From assembly GCA_030264375.1 (NCBI GenBank), contig JASCQW010000139.1, positions 31,282,398-31,346,397 of the forward strand: DNA of 64,000 nucleotides, given 5' to 3'. The DNA comes from Carcharhinus longimanus (taxonomy: Eukaryota). Each line of letters begins with the position of its first letter. Position 1 is the stretch's first letter. The translations under genes were made by a program, and so were the position numbers. The notes under the pieces are model-generated. The model saw nothing but the letters and a program-made list of their open reading frames with translations. It was not told where the DNA came from and made no database searches. This document shows, piece by piece, positions 23,861-37,670 of the stretch.

Positions 23861-25664
23861 GACCTGGGGAACCTAGACAGGGATTGTGAGACCTGACTAT
23901 AATTTTTCAGAATTGTGGCTGGTGGTTCCCCAACTATTCCAGAATTTGAAAAATAAACTTGTCTGGTGCACAGTCAGATTAGCTATTCATTGACGTGTGT
24001 CTGTTTTGACCATGTGTATGTTAATTATTCCTCTGTCAGAACATCATCTTGGGTGTAAAATTAGCACCAGTCTATTTTCTGTGACCTGTTTTAGCCCTGA
24101 GCTCATCCATGTTGCTTATGCCCACCACCCTACAAAGATAACTTTATTAATGGAAATTACCTCCTGCAGCTTGAACCTTATTCTGCCTAACGTGTTGACC
24201 AATCAATATTGTTCTATATTGTAAATGATTTTCTCTTCACATGCTCTCACCCTGCTCCCTTTCAAAATTGCCTTTATTCCTCTCTTCAAAAAGCCCATTC
24301 TTGACCCTGTTGGTAACTACCGCTAGATCTCTAAATGTTCTTTCTTGTCCTTGAGTGACTAAAATACAAGCATGCATGTTTGTGTGTTTAATATATATGT
24401 ACAGGCACAGTAGTACAGTGATTATGTTACTAGACTGGCAATCCGGAAGCACTGGAATAATGATCTCAAGATACTATATCCATCCACATTAGCTGGGCAA
24501 TTCGAAATCAGTTATTAAAATGAAAAACTAATGCCAGTAATGGAAACCATGAAACTACCAGATTGCTCTATCTGATTTACTTAATGTCCTTCAGGGAAGT
24601 AAATCAGATGTCATATCCAATCTAGTCAACAGTGACTCTAGACCTACCACACTCCAATTGACTCTTAACTTTCCTCCGAAATAGCCTAACAAGCCATTCA
24701 GTTATATCAAACTACTAAAAGAGAACAAAATCAAATGACAGACCCAATCCAATCAACCCTTCAAAGCCTTCTTCACTAACATCTGGGGTGTTGTCCCAAA
24801 ATTGGGAGAGCGCAACCTGACTAATCAGCCTGGCATTCTCATGCACACATCTACCCTTTTTCTTTATCCCATGTCCCAGACTCCTCCATTTCCAATCCTG
24901 GTCATTTCCAGTGCCACTGATAGGACAATCACACCAGAGGTAAAAGCTAAAGTCACCATATTCCCAGATAATCATAGGCTGCTCTCCCCTTTGAGAGGGA
25001 GAGCTGACTGATGGTGATTTAACCTGAGGTTCATACACCTGATAAGTGGTAAGTAAAATTCATGCCAGGCAATGATCAGCAGCACACTCCAAGCCTCCAA
25101 CCTCTTTCTCCTCAAACTCAAGGACAGAAAGCACACGGAAGCAGCATCACCTGCAAAGTTCCCTTCCAAATCGCACATTATCCTGACTTGGTAACATATT
25201 GCAGTTCCTTTATTATTGCTCAGTCAAAAATCTGGATCTAACAATACCATCAAAGTACTTTTACAACATGGATTGCAGTGATTTAAGAAAGTAGCTCAGA
25301 ACATCCTTCTCAGGACAATTGGGTATGGGCAATAAAACTGGCCTTGCTGGAGATTCCCACATCTCATGAATGAATAAGCAAAAGGGCACAAATTGCCTAT
25401 TCTGTGTCTCTGAATCCTTCCAATTTTTCTTCCACATTTGGAACAAATTTGCATTTATTCAATACCTTTCATGAATGTCCGAAAACACACCACAGCTATG
25501 ATGTACTCTTAAAATGTAACCACTGTTGTCATGAAAAAAACATTTGTCAATTTTCACACAAGGTCCTAGAAACAGCAGACATCAATAATGAGATAATCTG
25601 TTTGTGATTCAAGGGTTGAATGTTAGCCAGGACACCTGGAGTTGGACTGAAGGTTATGTTGAGG

Positions 25665-26233
25665 GAGGATATATTGCAACTATATAAGATGCTGGTGAGG
25701 CCACACCTGGAGTACTCTGCACAGTTTGGTCTTCGTACTTGAGAAAGGATACACTGGCACTGAAGGGAGTGCAGAGGAGATTTACTAGGTTGATTCCAAA
25801 GTTGAGAGGGTTGGCTTATGAGGAGGGACTGAATATTATACTCATTGGAATTTAGAAGAACGAGAGGAGATCTTGTGGAAACACATTATGAAGGGAATAG
25901 ATAAGATAGAAGCAGGGAGGTTGTTTCCACTGGTGGGTGAAACTAGGGGGCGTAGCCTCAAAATACGGGGAAGCAGATTTAGGACTGAGTTGAGGAGGCA
26001 CTTCTTCATCCAAAGGGTTGTGAATTCCTTGCCCAGTGACGCAGTTGAGGCTACCTCATTGAATGTTTTTAAGGCAAAGATAGATTTTTGAACAATAAAG
26101 AATTAAGGGTAGAATGAGTGAGCAGATGAGTAGAGTTGAGTCCATGAAAAGATCAGCCATGATCTTATTGAATGGCAGAACATGCTCGAAGGGCCAAATG
26201 GCCATCTTCTGCTCCCAGTTCTTATGTTCTTAT
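25665..26233 (+). mobile_element. CR1 LINE 3' fragment (same subfamily as 18224-20106)
   Basis: LVRPHLEY, RLFPLVGETRGRSLKIRGSRFRTELRR and the ttcttatgttcttatg tail. Confidence 0.88.
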
Positions 26234-26369
26234 GAACCTCCTCGGGTGTCCCAGCAAACATTTAAAAATCTTAATCCTTGCATTTGCGTGCTTCCAGTTT
26301 TCTGTAACCTCAGCAATTATTCTGCTCAGTAACTATGACCCCCCAATTAACCATTCACAGCCTCAATAT

Positions 26370-26690
26370 CACATTTTATTCTGAGATGTGCTTTCAACCA
26401 AATATCCATGCCATCACCAAGACTGCCTTATCTTCACCTCTGTAATACTGCCTAACTCATTTACTGAAACCCTCCTCCTTGCCTTTACTACCTCTTGATT
26501 ATTGTGACACTCTACTGGCTGGTCTCCCATATTCTACTCATTAAACCTTAGCTCATCCAAAATTCTTGCTACCCATGTCCTGAATTGCATCAAGCACAGT
26601 CACCCATCATCCCTGAAGCTGACTGGCTCCCAGTTAAATAATGCCTCAAGTTTAAGATTTTTATATAATTTTCAAATACCTCCATATAAA
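26370..26690 (+). mobile_element. L2-like LINE fragment
   Basis: Decayed ITKTA..HL, ETL...F.TS.LDY...LLAGLP and H.I.P.L..WLP motifs. Confidence 0.55.
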
Positions 26691-26993
26691 ATCCAGTGCA
26701 TGTTGGAAATCTGAAATAAAAACCAAAAATACTGGAATTACACAGCAGGCAACCAGACCTCCTGAGAGTTTCCTACACTTTTTGTTACTTCCTCCTCATC
26801 TTCCATGTACTTTCTTATAACAGCATTATCCAGCCCAATGTCTTCATCTGATCCCCAACGAGAATGTCTTGCTAAAGTTGAATGTTTGCCTTCGTTTTCT
26901 TTTCCATCATGTGCCTTACTTTAGGAGTACCAGGGTTGAGTCACTTACTGTAATGTTGACTGGCTGTACTATTGTAATTATGTTTCTATACAG

Positions 26994-27133
26994 AGCATTA
27001 TCTGCAACTTCTTATAACAGCAGGGAGGATAGCTGGTTTAAATCGCTATTTGTTAGAAAGGTGGATCCACGTAAAGATGCTCATTCAAACTTGCTATCTA
27101 AAAAGGAAACCAGCAGCCTGTACAAAATTCAGT
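26994..27133 (+). CDS. NIPSNAP2: NIPSNAP2 coding exon 2
   Basis: tacag acceptor. Translates [46 protein letters not shown]. Donor GTAAGT; 140 nt. Confidence 0.96.
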
Positions 27134-27221
27134 GTAAGTATTTACAATATTTTTAATGTCTTAAGGAATGTGCATTATTTACACATTGTTTCCATGTATA
27201 ATTTTAAAAATTTCTTTCCAG

Positions 27222-27267
27222 TTCACAACGTAAAGCCAGAATGCCTGGAGGCTTACAACAAACTTTG
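27222..27267 (+). CDS. NIPSNAP2: NIPSNAP2 coding exon 3
   Basis: tttccag acceptor. Translates (F)HNVKPECLEAYNKL. Donor GTAAGA; 46 nt. Confidence 0.95.
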
Positions 27268-30176
27268 GTAAGACTTTAAAAAATCTGATGTCTTTTCAGC
27301 TCTTTTGCCAAAAGAAGGATAAGCTTTGATTTATCTGGAATACACTTATTATTCATTTTGGTTTCTCCTGCTTATTNNNNNNNNNNNNNNNNNNNNNNNN
27401 NNNNNNNNNNNNNNNNNNNNNNNNNNNNNNNNNNNNNNNNNNNNNNNNNNNNNNNNNNNNNNNNNNNNNNNNNNNNNNNNNNNNNNNNNNNNNNNNNNNN
27501 NNNNNNNNNNNNNNNNNNNNNNNNNNNNNNNNNNNNNNNNNNNNNNNNNNNNNNNNNNNNNNNNNNNNNNNNNNNNNNNNNNNNNNNNNNNNNNNNNNNN
27601 NNNNNNNNNNNNNNNNNNNNNNNNNNNNNNNNNNNNNNNNNNNNNNATTGAATGGCGGGGCAGGCTCGAAGGGCCAGATGGCCTACTCCTGCTCCTATTT
27701 CTTATGTTCTTATGTTCTTACTAACCTAAAGTATGTTAGTAAAAATCATGGGAACTTTATAAAGACATCATTATAACCTTTTATAATACTATAAACTGAA
27801 AATGAAGGGCCTTGTCTACTACCAAGGTAAATTATTGCCCCTCATCCTTCTCAATGTGTGTGCAGTCTTCAAAACTGTTGACCACTGCATCCTCCCAACG
27901 TTTTTACTGCCATCCAGCTAGGTGAGAGTGTGCTTTTTGATTCATTTTTATTTTCTAACCATAGCCAGGAAATCATGCCATTGGTGTCTCTTACAGCTTA
28001 AGCACCATTATTATTGGTGTTGTTCAAAGATTTCCTCTCTCTCCTCCTCTCCTCTCTCCTCCCAAGAATATCACCCAAAATATCAAGTCATTCTTCACAT
28101 ATATGCTGATGAGACTCAGCCCACTGTAATCTCCTGTCTTACAACCGTCCTTAGGTATCTGGGCTCCTGTAATTTTGGCCTCTGGCAAACCTCCAATTTT
28201 AATTGCCCCACTGTTGGTGCCCTTGCTTTCTTGCGTCTGAGCCCTAAGCTTTGCAATTCTCACCCTAAACCTGTCTCTCTACCTGACCTTTTTTTAAGAT
28301 GCTTCTTGAAACCTGTATCTTTGACCAAATGTTTGGTCGCCTGCACTACCATTTCCTTTTGTGGATTAGCATCATATTTTGTTTGAGATGCTCATGTGAA
28401 ACACCTTGGGTATTTAATCACATTAAAGGTTCTATATAATAACATACAAGGTGTTATTCTATTTTCTGTCAACAACAGCTTTATCTGCATCAGGAATGTT
28501 TGGTTGTATCAAAAACAACATTGAAGGCACTCAGCAAGTCAGGCAACATCCATTGGGAAAACACAAGACTGTTTCAGGTATAAACATTTCTTAGAACCCT
28601 TCACCTGACTGCTGTTTTCTGGACAGATGTTGCCTGATCTGCTGAGTGTCTCCTGCTTTTCCTGTTTTAGTTTCAGATTTCAGCATCTGTGATAGTTTCT
28701 TTGTAATGCTTACTTTGTTTGGTTAGAGTCAAAATAATTATAATCTTTGTTCTATCCATCCTTGGGCACTTCTGTATATTTTGTTTTGAGATTAGTTTTG
28801 TGTCATTGGAAAGGACTTTCTCCAATACATCACAAACACATTTATCAACACAGCTTACTTGATGTTCAAAAGATACATATTAGTGAGTTTAACATTCAAA
28901 TGATGACTTAACCATTTCAGCATTAAGTTAGTAACCAATCAATTGAATAGATGGAAGCTTGGGTGGAACTGTTAATTTTGTTTATAAGTAACTTTTGTTT
29001 TTAATTTCATTTAATACAATTGATTTTTTTAAATTTTACATTCTTCCTTTAAAGTTTGATTTCATTTTAAGTTGTTGCCCATTCTCTGAATTGCTGGTAG
29101 TCAGGGAGCTGGACGTGGCTCTTGTGGCTAAAGGGATCAGTGGGTATGGAGAGAAACTGGGAGTGGGATACTGAAAGCCACGATCATACTGAATGGCCTA
29201 CTACTACACCTATTTTCTATGTTAAAGGGACTAACTGAATTATGGGTCTCAGAAATAAAACTAGCTCTCCACATTTATACACACAGATGAAAAGAAAGAT
29301 GAAAACAGTTACTAGATACATTTGTGCCTACCTGTGTTCATTTGGTAACGTAACCCCCTATACCACCGCTTGGAATGTAAGAACAAAAGGCCTGGACCAA
29401 TTTCAGGAAATGTTCTGAGAAATTTATATTTCCAAATCACATCAAATACAACACATTGAGTTGCTTAATCAACATTCTGTTAAGTAAATAAGAACAAATC
29501 CAAAAAATATTTCTAATAGCAAATAGCAATGCTGCACTCAAAACATGGTGTATAAGTTATTGAGCAGAATGAAGAGCTTAAGTTTATTTTGTTGCTAATT
29601 TTCGGTCTGCACTAGAAATCCTCGTGTCAAGTAGGTAAGAATCCTGAAATGTGACACCATGGAAGGGCTAAGTGACTTTGAGACACCCAACCCATTTTCT
29701 CCCAGCATTTGTTGAGGTCAATCGAGCAGTTTTATTGGATGTCGGTCTGTGGATCAAAGCATAATAATAGATGCTTTAAGTAGACAAGAGACTCGCATTA
29801 TTACTATAAATTTGTTCTTTGATTATGTAAGAAAGCTGAACTAATCTCTCTCATGCTATATTAGAAATTAAGCAATTATACATTATCAAGTCAATTGAAA
29901 CTCCTACGTCTATTTTGAAAATTAATTTTATGATGGAATCTCACAAGAATTTGGCAGAGTGTCAGTTTGGGTGAGAAAACTGGTGTGGAACACTGCAGCT
30001 CCACCAGCCAGTTTTCTCTCTGGATCTGGCGCTATTAGCAAAAAAAGTGAGTGCGGTTTGCGCTGTCAGCCTGGAGAGACAGGGATTCTTAGATCTGGGA
30101 ACCAGGAAATCAAGGGTGCGCTGCCCAGCCTCAAGTGGTAAAATACGCGAAATAAACACCTGTTTCTTCTTTACAG

Positions 30177-30271
30177 CATAGAGGTACTACCAAAAGTTCA
30201 TAAAGATGAAAACTACCCATGTGAACTTGTGGGGACATGGAACACGTGGTATGGAGAGCAGGATCAAGCTG
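30177..30271 (+). CDS. NIPSNAP2: NIPSNAP2 coding exon 4
   Basis: ctttacag acceptor. Translates (C)[31 protein letters not shown]. Donor GTATGA; 95 nt. Confidence 0.96.
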
Positions 30272-30933
30272 GTATGAATATTAATATTGCAGAATAACAA
30301 GGCATTGTTCATTAGTCACTGTTAGAAATAGGAATTTATTATAGTTGTATAGTGCTCAAATTACATTTTCTGTATTAAATTCTTTTATTTCCTCGTTGCC
30401 AGTTGAAATTTATACCTTGAATATGAGTGGTATTTTGTTTTAGATACATAAACTATTCTGTAATTTTAGATTTCGACCTTTATTTTGTTTACATGTTAAT
30501 ATGTAATAACTCTGAACTTATCTGCTGCTTGTCACGGGATGTTAAAGTCAACCTTTAAATCTTTATGCCAACTTCCATTATGTGACATTCAGCAAATCTC
30601 CTTCTGGCTTTCTTTGAAAATCAATTTGTGCTCAGAATCGGCTTTGTACCTGATCATATATCTGTAAGTAGTATACATACAAAGGTAATGAGTGACTTCA
30701 TCTCTTGATTCTTGAGCATGGTGCTGGTCCAGGAGATAATTGGTTGTTCTATTAGCCAAGAATTATAATTTCACTTTGTGTGTTGTATCTAAAAATTTTT
30801 TAAAAAGCATATTCATTGTCCACCTAGTATTTTCATTAGCTCAAAACCAGAACACAAGAGATAGTGCACAGTGACTCTCAACATGAAATAGAGAAGACTT
30901 GCTATTCTGTTATCCTATTTCTGTCTTTTTCAG

Positions 30934-31017
30934 TCCACCTCTGGAAGTATAGTGGAGGTTACCCCACGCTTACCTAGGTGATGAGTAAGCTCAGACAAAA
31001 TNNNNNNNNNNAATAAG
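30934..31017 (+). CDS. NIPSNAP2: NIPSNAP2 coding exon 5 (interrupted by a 10-N gap, with an in-frame TAG as assembled)
   Basis: tttttcag acceptor. Translates (V)HLWKYSGGYPTLT*VMSKLRQN, then a gap at 31002-31011, then AATAAG|GTAACA. TAG is at 30975-30977. Collapsing the duplicated AAT across the gap gives a frame-preserving 71-nt exon. Confidence 0.9.
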
Positions 31018-32219
31018 GTAACACCGTTAAAAGGGTGTATTTTAGTTCTAACAAAATGATGGAAGATCTTGTTTTTATAGTCTTCTATTTTGAGTAATAC
31101 TTCCATAATATGTATTGTTGCCTATATATTTAGGTGGGCAGGCAGATGAAAGTGAGAATCAGAGTTTAGTTTTGGCTTCATATTTATATTTCCTCTGTTT
31201 TAAAGGGATTTGAAAATTCAATTGTAAAATGTTAGGAGAACATTTTTCTGAAATGATATAGTTTTAGCATGGCAACAGATGTTTGGCAGGATAAGGATAT
31301 AGCAAAATTACTAGATACTGCAGAGTTTGGAAGTCAAATTAGGCAACATTGTGCAGAATGGAGCGAAATTGCAAACTACATACTTTTTAAAAAATTAAGC
31401 TTTTGTTTCTGAGAAGCATTTAAAAGAAACCTTCATCGGAGGCTGCAGCATCTGTTATAAATACATTATGTCCTTGCAGTAAGAATTGGCCTTTCCAAGA
31501 AGCAATTTTTTTTCCAGAACAAAGATTTTAAAGTTGTAATATTTCGACATGCATAGGAGTAATGTTAATTCAATTGCTGTTGGAGGTTAGAAAATTTTCA
31601 AGTAGTATCTGGAAGACTGACTATTTTGTAGATGGATGTAGCAAACAGACAGTAGTTTTCATAATATGCTTCTAAAGGCATACGGTAATCATGGCCAGCT
31701 ATGAGCTCACTATTACACCAGATTCATTTCTTTTCAGAGACATTTGATAATTTTTTTTAACAACTTGATTATCAAGTTTAGGGTGCTCTTTTGATTATCT
31801 ATTTAATTGCTGATTCATTGTTGCTCCTCCATTTGACATCTCTACTAATTTGATCAATGCCTGCTATGAAATTACGCAACATTGATAGCATAAGTTCTTT
31901 AAATAAACGGAAGAAGGAAACATTGTAAAAAAGAATAAAATTGTGATGCACTGCATCCAACATGAATGTAGGTGATTTGTCTTTATTATGTGAATATTTC
32001 TAGATTCTAAAAGGATTCCCGGTATTTCAATGTGTGTGCTAACGTGAGGGTTATAGGCATCTTATTTTTCAAGGAGATGGATGTGCATCAACAACTATGG
32101 CCAGATGTAATTAGTAAATTATTTCAGTGATACTGTACGTTTGACAGGCANNNNNNNNNNNNNNNNNNNNNNNNNNNNNNNNNNNNNNNNNNNNNNNNNN
32201 NNNNTAATGTATGAGACTT

Positions 32220-33260
32220 GGAGGAACAGATATCTCAGGTGGATTTGCAGAAGTGCGAAGGGCAAAACCTTGGAAGTATTTGAAAACAAGAGTAAGAATT
32301 TTACAATTGAAATGTTAGGCCAGGAGGCATTGTGGCTGAGCATGCATAGGAGTGATGGGTGAACAAGAGTTGGTGCAATATAGCACTTGAGCAGCAGAGT
32401 TTTAAATGAGCTCCAGCTGGAAGGTGGGAGTCTGATCCTGAGAGCTTTGAGATTGGAACGTATAGAGGTAACAAAGGCATGAGGTGAGACCAGGCTGTGT
32501 GGTGTTATGGAGCTGGAAATAGGTCTTGATGGTGGAGTGAATATGTGCTTACCTTGGGATTAAATGCAACACTATTGTAGAAAACAATCTGGTTCAGCCT
32601 ATGACAGTTGCCAAGGAGATTGATGGAGTTGGGTTAGGGAATGGAAGGACCAAAGGCGTGGAGGAAATTTCTGATCATCCAGTAAAGGATGTGATGCAAG
32701 CAGTGTGACAAATTAGAGATGTTGGGCAGGTCAAGAGAGTTGATGGTGAGGTAGAGCTTGGTGCCATCAATGTACTTATAAAACTTAAAGTTGTATTTTA
32801 GTTCATGTCGCTGATGGGGCAACACATAAATGAGAAATAAGAGGGTGTTATAAACAGATCGTTGGAGTACTCCAGAGTGATGGTGTGTGGGTGAAAAGAA
32901 CAGCCTTTGCTACATGTGATTCTCTGGTAAGACTGTGTAAATTTGTTTAGTTGTAGTGAACAACAAAAGCTACTTTCGTTTAGATAGTGCCTTTAACATA
33001 GTCAGACATCCCTTGGTGCATCATCAGTATGCTCCAAACGTAATTTAACACCAGGCTCCCAAAAGGATGGTCAAAAAAGTCAATTTTAATTATATCTTAA
33101 AGGAGAAAAGAGAAATAGAAAGGCAGAATAGTTTTGAAGGAAGTGCAGAGCTTGGGGCTTAAGCAACTGAGGGCTTGTCCACCAGTGATGAAGCAGTTAA
33201 AATTATGGGTATGCAAAAGGCTGGAGTTGGAAGAGTGAAGTGATCTTGAAAAGGAGTATG
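32220..33260 (-). mobile_element. Decayed LINE (L2/CR1-group) fragments in NIPSNAP2 intron 5
   Basis: Minus-strand remnants HKYIDGTKLYLT (YADDT-like) and an L2-type 3' region (tagtgcctttaacatagt, gagcttggggcttaagcaactgagggc). Confidence 0.55.
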
Positions 33261-34056
33261 AGCATAGTTTGGTTTGGATCATCTGCAGGTTGTATGAATA
33301 CCAATGAACTGATTTATTACTTTATTATACACAATAAAGACATTTCACCTGAAAAAATTTGCCATTTTCTTAGATAAATTTTCCCTGATACTTATTGCTT
33401 TATGCCAAAATAGGGTAATGATTGCTCATTTAACCATTTTGGAGTAGCAATATTTGTTGTTAAAAGTTCATATGTGGGCTCTTTTTTTTTAAATTCTCTC
33501 TCCAGCTACTTGACTGGGTTCACAGTATCTGTTGCACAGCTGATAGTCTGGAAGCAGGTTATCCCCTTTGTTGCTTTTGGACTGTAGTCTGGGATGAATG
33601 CAGATTGATTTAATGCCTTTTTAGATTTTATTCTGTACTTTAGAAGTATTCAATAACTTCAGAAACTGGTATTTGGATGAAAATAACTTTTTAAACTACA
33701 TTATCAAAGGAAACATTAAATGATCATTTTGGTAGAAGGCACCAAGTTCAGTATCTCCATTAAATTAGTTTACAATAAATTCCTTTGCTATTGTAAGATG
33801 TCAGATTTGACAGTGACTGATTAATGAATGAAAATTTTTAGGTATGAGAACTGACTTTTCCTAAGGCTACTTGTGAATAGTATATTTTCTTTGTGTACAT
33901 TGGAGCAGCAGGTTATTACTGTAGAAAAATAGGCCTGGTGCAGTGTGATTCTCCTGTATTTAGTATCGTATTAATAGCAGAAACTTTTCTTATTACTAGA
34001 CTGGTACAAAAACTTAACTTTCCTGTTAGTGAAATAAATACATTTTTATTTTTCAG

Positions 34057-34197
34057 GAGTTCATGGAGTTCAGAAAGGAGAGGGGTCAAATGCTGCTGTC
34101 TCGAAAAAACCAATTGCTTTTGGAATTCAGTTTCTGGAATGAGCCGGTACCTAGGTCAGGACCTAATATTTATGAACTCCGATCCTACCAGCTCAGG
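34057..34197 (+). CDS. NIPSNAP2: NIPSNAP2 coding exon 6
   Basis: tttttcag acceptor. Translates [47 protein letters not shown]. Donor GTAAGA; 141 nt. Confidence 0.96.
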
Positions 34198-36319
34198 GTA
34201 AGAAACATGTTCTTCTTGTATTTTTTTTTGTATGTATTCTGATCATAGTTTTGTCCGAATTTACCCACCATCACATTTCAAATCAATTTGTGGGTAAACT
34301 CAACTAAATACATCAATATTTTGGGCTTGTGATTTGAGAATGCAATAATAATTTCTCAATTGCAACATAAAATGGTTAACAAAGCAAAACCTACAACTTA
34401 TGGTAAGTTAAGTGGACTTATTAGTGTCACGTGCTCTGCTCCCTGGTAGATCCTCCACTTTTTTTCCCAGGCTAGAATTTAAATTGTCTCCTTTCTCATG
34501 CTTGACCATTTGCCTCTATGCTTCCTGAAACTGGTTATTGGTGCATGCTTTTTTTCTAACTATAAAAGGAGAAATTTTAAGGGCTCTAAGGAAAGAACGA
34601 AGAATGATCATCGTATATTTTTTCAGAATTATAAATATAATTTAAACAGTTGGACACAATGGTAGTTTAAATGTCCCCTTCACCGAAACACCAATTAAAA
34701 AAGAATTAAAGTAAAAAGAAATGAAATCAATGGTGAAAGCAGAGAGGACCTGCAGTGTACCACAAAAGATGAAAGGCTGTTGAAATTTCCTTTTGAACTC
34801 TAACTTTCATACCCATGTAACTGAAAGACGAAAGAAAATTCTCACCAGAAACAATGGCATTAACCTAGTAAGTGAGATCTGCTGGAGCCTTGCATGATTA
34901 TGACGAGGTAAATAATGGATGATGAGGCAGGAAGAATTAAAAGGAAGATGAGAGACAGTTTCTTTTGATGGAAGATTTGAAAATGTGGAATTCTTTGCTG
35001 CAGACCATTGTTGAAGCAAAGTTCCTACATTTTTCTAAAATAGAATTGGACAACTGCTTAAAAAATGGTAATATTAAAAGGGTGTGGGCTGCAAGCAGCA
35101 GTGTGCAATTCAGTTAGGTGGTGGATGTGGATAAAAACATGAGGGTCCTGTGCAGTAATATTTTGTTTCTAATCTGGGCTGCCCATACTTTTATTTCATG
35201 GGAAACATAGGTGCACACCATGGAAACTTGGAGTCACACAAAGTTTAAGTCCAGTGGCCCTGTTAATTGAATACATCTCAACTTGAATTACTAGTGTTCT
35301 GATAGTATTTATCATTATTAGAGGCAACATTCAAAATGAACTTCTTTCTAAACCTCTAGTTCCATGAACTGCAAAGGGGGAACCTGGAGATAAAACTGAA
35401 TTACTTGACTTTAAGGGCTGATTGCCAAGCTTGTGCCCAGATGTAGTTTGAACATCAACTCCTATAACTTCCCATATTCCATTTCAAAGACAAACCTTTC
35501 CTTCTTGTCTGTTCGTTCTTCTCCATGGCAACTTTGCACTTAGCCAAGTCGCTGACAATTTTAGCATCATCTCCATAAACAAGTGCATCTTTCCATTCTT
35601 TTACAAATGTTTTGACTTTGGCCACAATATTCTGCAATTAGTTTCAATGTTTCAGATTAAATAGCAGACAAAAGAATTTAATGTGAATCCTGCATTCATA
35701 CAGTTAGTTATCTTTGTACATTATGAATTGAGAATGAGATTTGATGTTTTCAAAATACAGCAGACTTTGGAGTGCTGATTCCATCTACCCGCAGGTAAAA
35801 AAAATGCCTAGGCAAATTGAGACGGTATTTTCCATGCTTGCCAGATATACTACTCTGGGTTCTGAATAATTAAGCTCTGACTAATGATCTTCAGCTTCAC
35901 CAGGTTTTGCCATCTGGGACATGCAGTCATGCAGAATTAGAATTTAGGTAGGAGGGATTTTCTGTAGCTGGTTTCAAGGCTAAACATTTAAGCAGGAATG
36001 GAAAATTATATTGGGTTTTACAAAGTCTTTGTAGAATTTTACATCAAACTCTTTGAAGCAACATTATGATGAAGAAATGGAAATGTGGAAAGAATCAAAT
36101 GAAGGAAAAGCTACATTGTGTTTTATGAGCTATTTTTATCTTCTGATTATAAAGATAGGAAAAATTCTTAAAAGCAACAAAAATTCTTTGTAAGTAAATG
36201 AGCAAAATAAATTATAATACATTTATTGTCTGAAAAATTACTGTAACACTGAGATCCTGTTGCATAATATTTGTAAACTCTGTTTTGATTGTTGTTTAAT
36301 ATTGGTATCATTTTTCCAG

Positions 36320-36351
36320 CCAGGAACAATGATTGAATGGGGTAATAACTG
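36320..36351 (+). CDS. NIPSNAP2: NIPSNAP2 coding exon 7
   Basis: tttttccag acceptor. Translates PGTMIEWGNN(W). Donor GTGAGT; 32 nt. Confidence 0.95.
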
Positions 36352-36954
36352 GTGAGTGGCATATTAATATTTTAGTACAATTTATTCTGCTTGTACTATT
36401 AAGTACGGTGTGACGATTTCATTGCAAGATTATTTGCCAGTGATGGATTGAAAGAATGGTTCCATTAACCCTTTACATCTGAAATCACTAATGGACATCC
36501 CCACCTGTTTTCTTCAGAAAAGCTGACATTCTTAACTTTACATATTCTCTATTCCCCAACCTTCAAACCTGTTCCTTTTTCGGAAAATAAAGGTTATCCT
36601 GTCCTGACAAAGTATCTGTTTAACTCCTGTGTTTTCTTTCCCACCACTCACGGTGTATTCTCTCTCTGATGTTTATGAACCAGTTAAGCACTTCTGCCTG
36701 ACTGAAGCTCACTGTCTGCTCCACATGTTACCAGGAAAGCCCATGTGACCAGCTGTTATCCATCCTGCCCATCACAACAGCCCTAAGATCTCTCTATTGT
36801 CCACTGTCATGGGATAACCCTCTCTTGGTTCCAGCTCTAGTTCGTCCAGAGTAGCTATCGCATTTCTAGTAGTAGCTGCTCCTGTCATCCCACCTTGAAC
36901 TCAGGAACATCTTGTCCTGGTTTATATCTCATTCATCAGCAACTTTATGTTTTG

Positions 36955-37670
36955 TTGTCAGCTTTGATATGTATGATGACAGCAAATGGTTCTACTTCCT
37001 TGGAGTATAATATAGGAAAGTGTGAAGTTCACTTTGGTCGTACGAATAAAAAGGCGGAACTTTTTTTCAAAACTTGATGTCAAAGAGACTTGTCTGTGTT
37101 TGTACAAGGAAAGCGAAAAGTTAGCATGCAGGCACAACAAGCAATTGGGAAGGCAAATGGCATCTTAGTCTTTATTGCAAAGAGACTGGAGTGCAAAAAT
37201 AAGTCTTCCTACAGTTATACGGGTATTTGGTGAGACTGCATCTGGTGTGCTATGTGCAGTTTTGGTCACTGCGTTTAAGATATACTTGCATTTGAGGTTG
37301 AACAGCATAGGCTCACTGAACTGCTCCCTGGTATGCGGATGTTGTCCCATGATGAGTGGTTCAGTAAACTAGGTTTAACTCTCTGGCATTTAGAAGAATG
37401 AGAGAAGATATTATTGAAACCTACAAAATCCGAGGGTGCTTGATAGGATGGAAGCTGTTTTTTTTTGCTGGCTTGGGACATATTCTCAGGATAAGTAGTT
37501 GATCGTTTAGCAATGAGATGAGGAGAAACTGCACAGACTCACTGAAGTGTGATGAACCTTTGCAGTTTTCTACTCCAGACAGTTGTGATTGCTCCATCAT
37601 TGAATACATGTAAGGCATGTTAAACAGAGTTTGGTGTCTACTCCTGCTCTTATTCCTTGTGTTCTCTCAC
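36955..37670 (+). mobile_element. Decayed CR1 LINE 3' portion
   Basis: EYNIGKCEVHFG, QQAIGKANGIL and LQLYGYLVRLHL-like remnants, with a ctactcctgctcttattcc tail. Confidence 0.75.
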
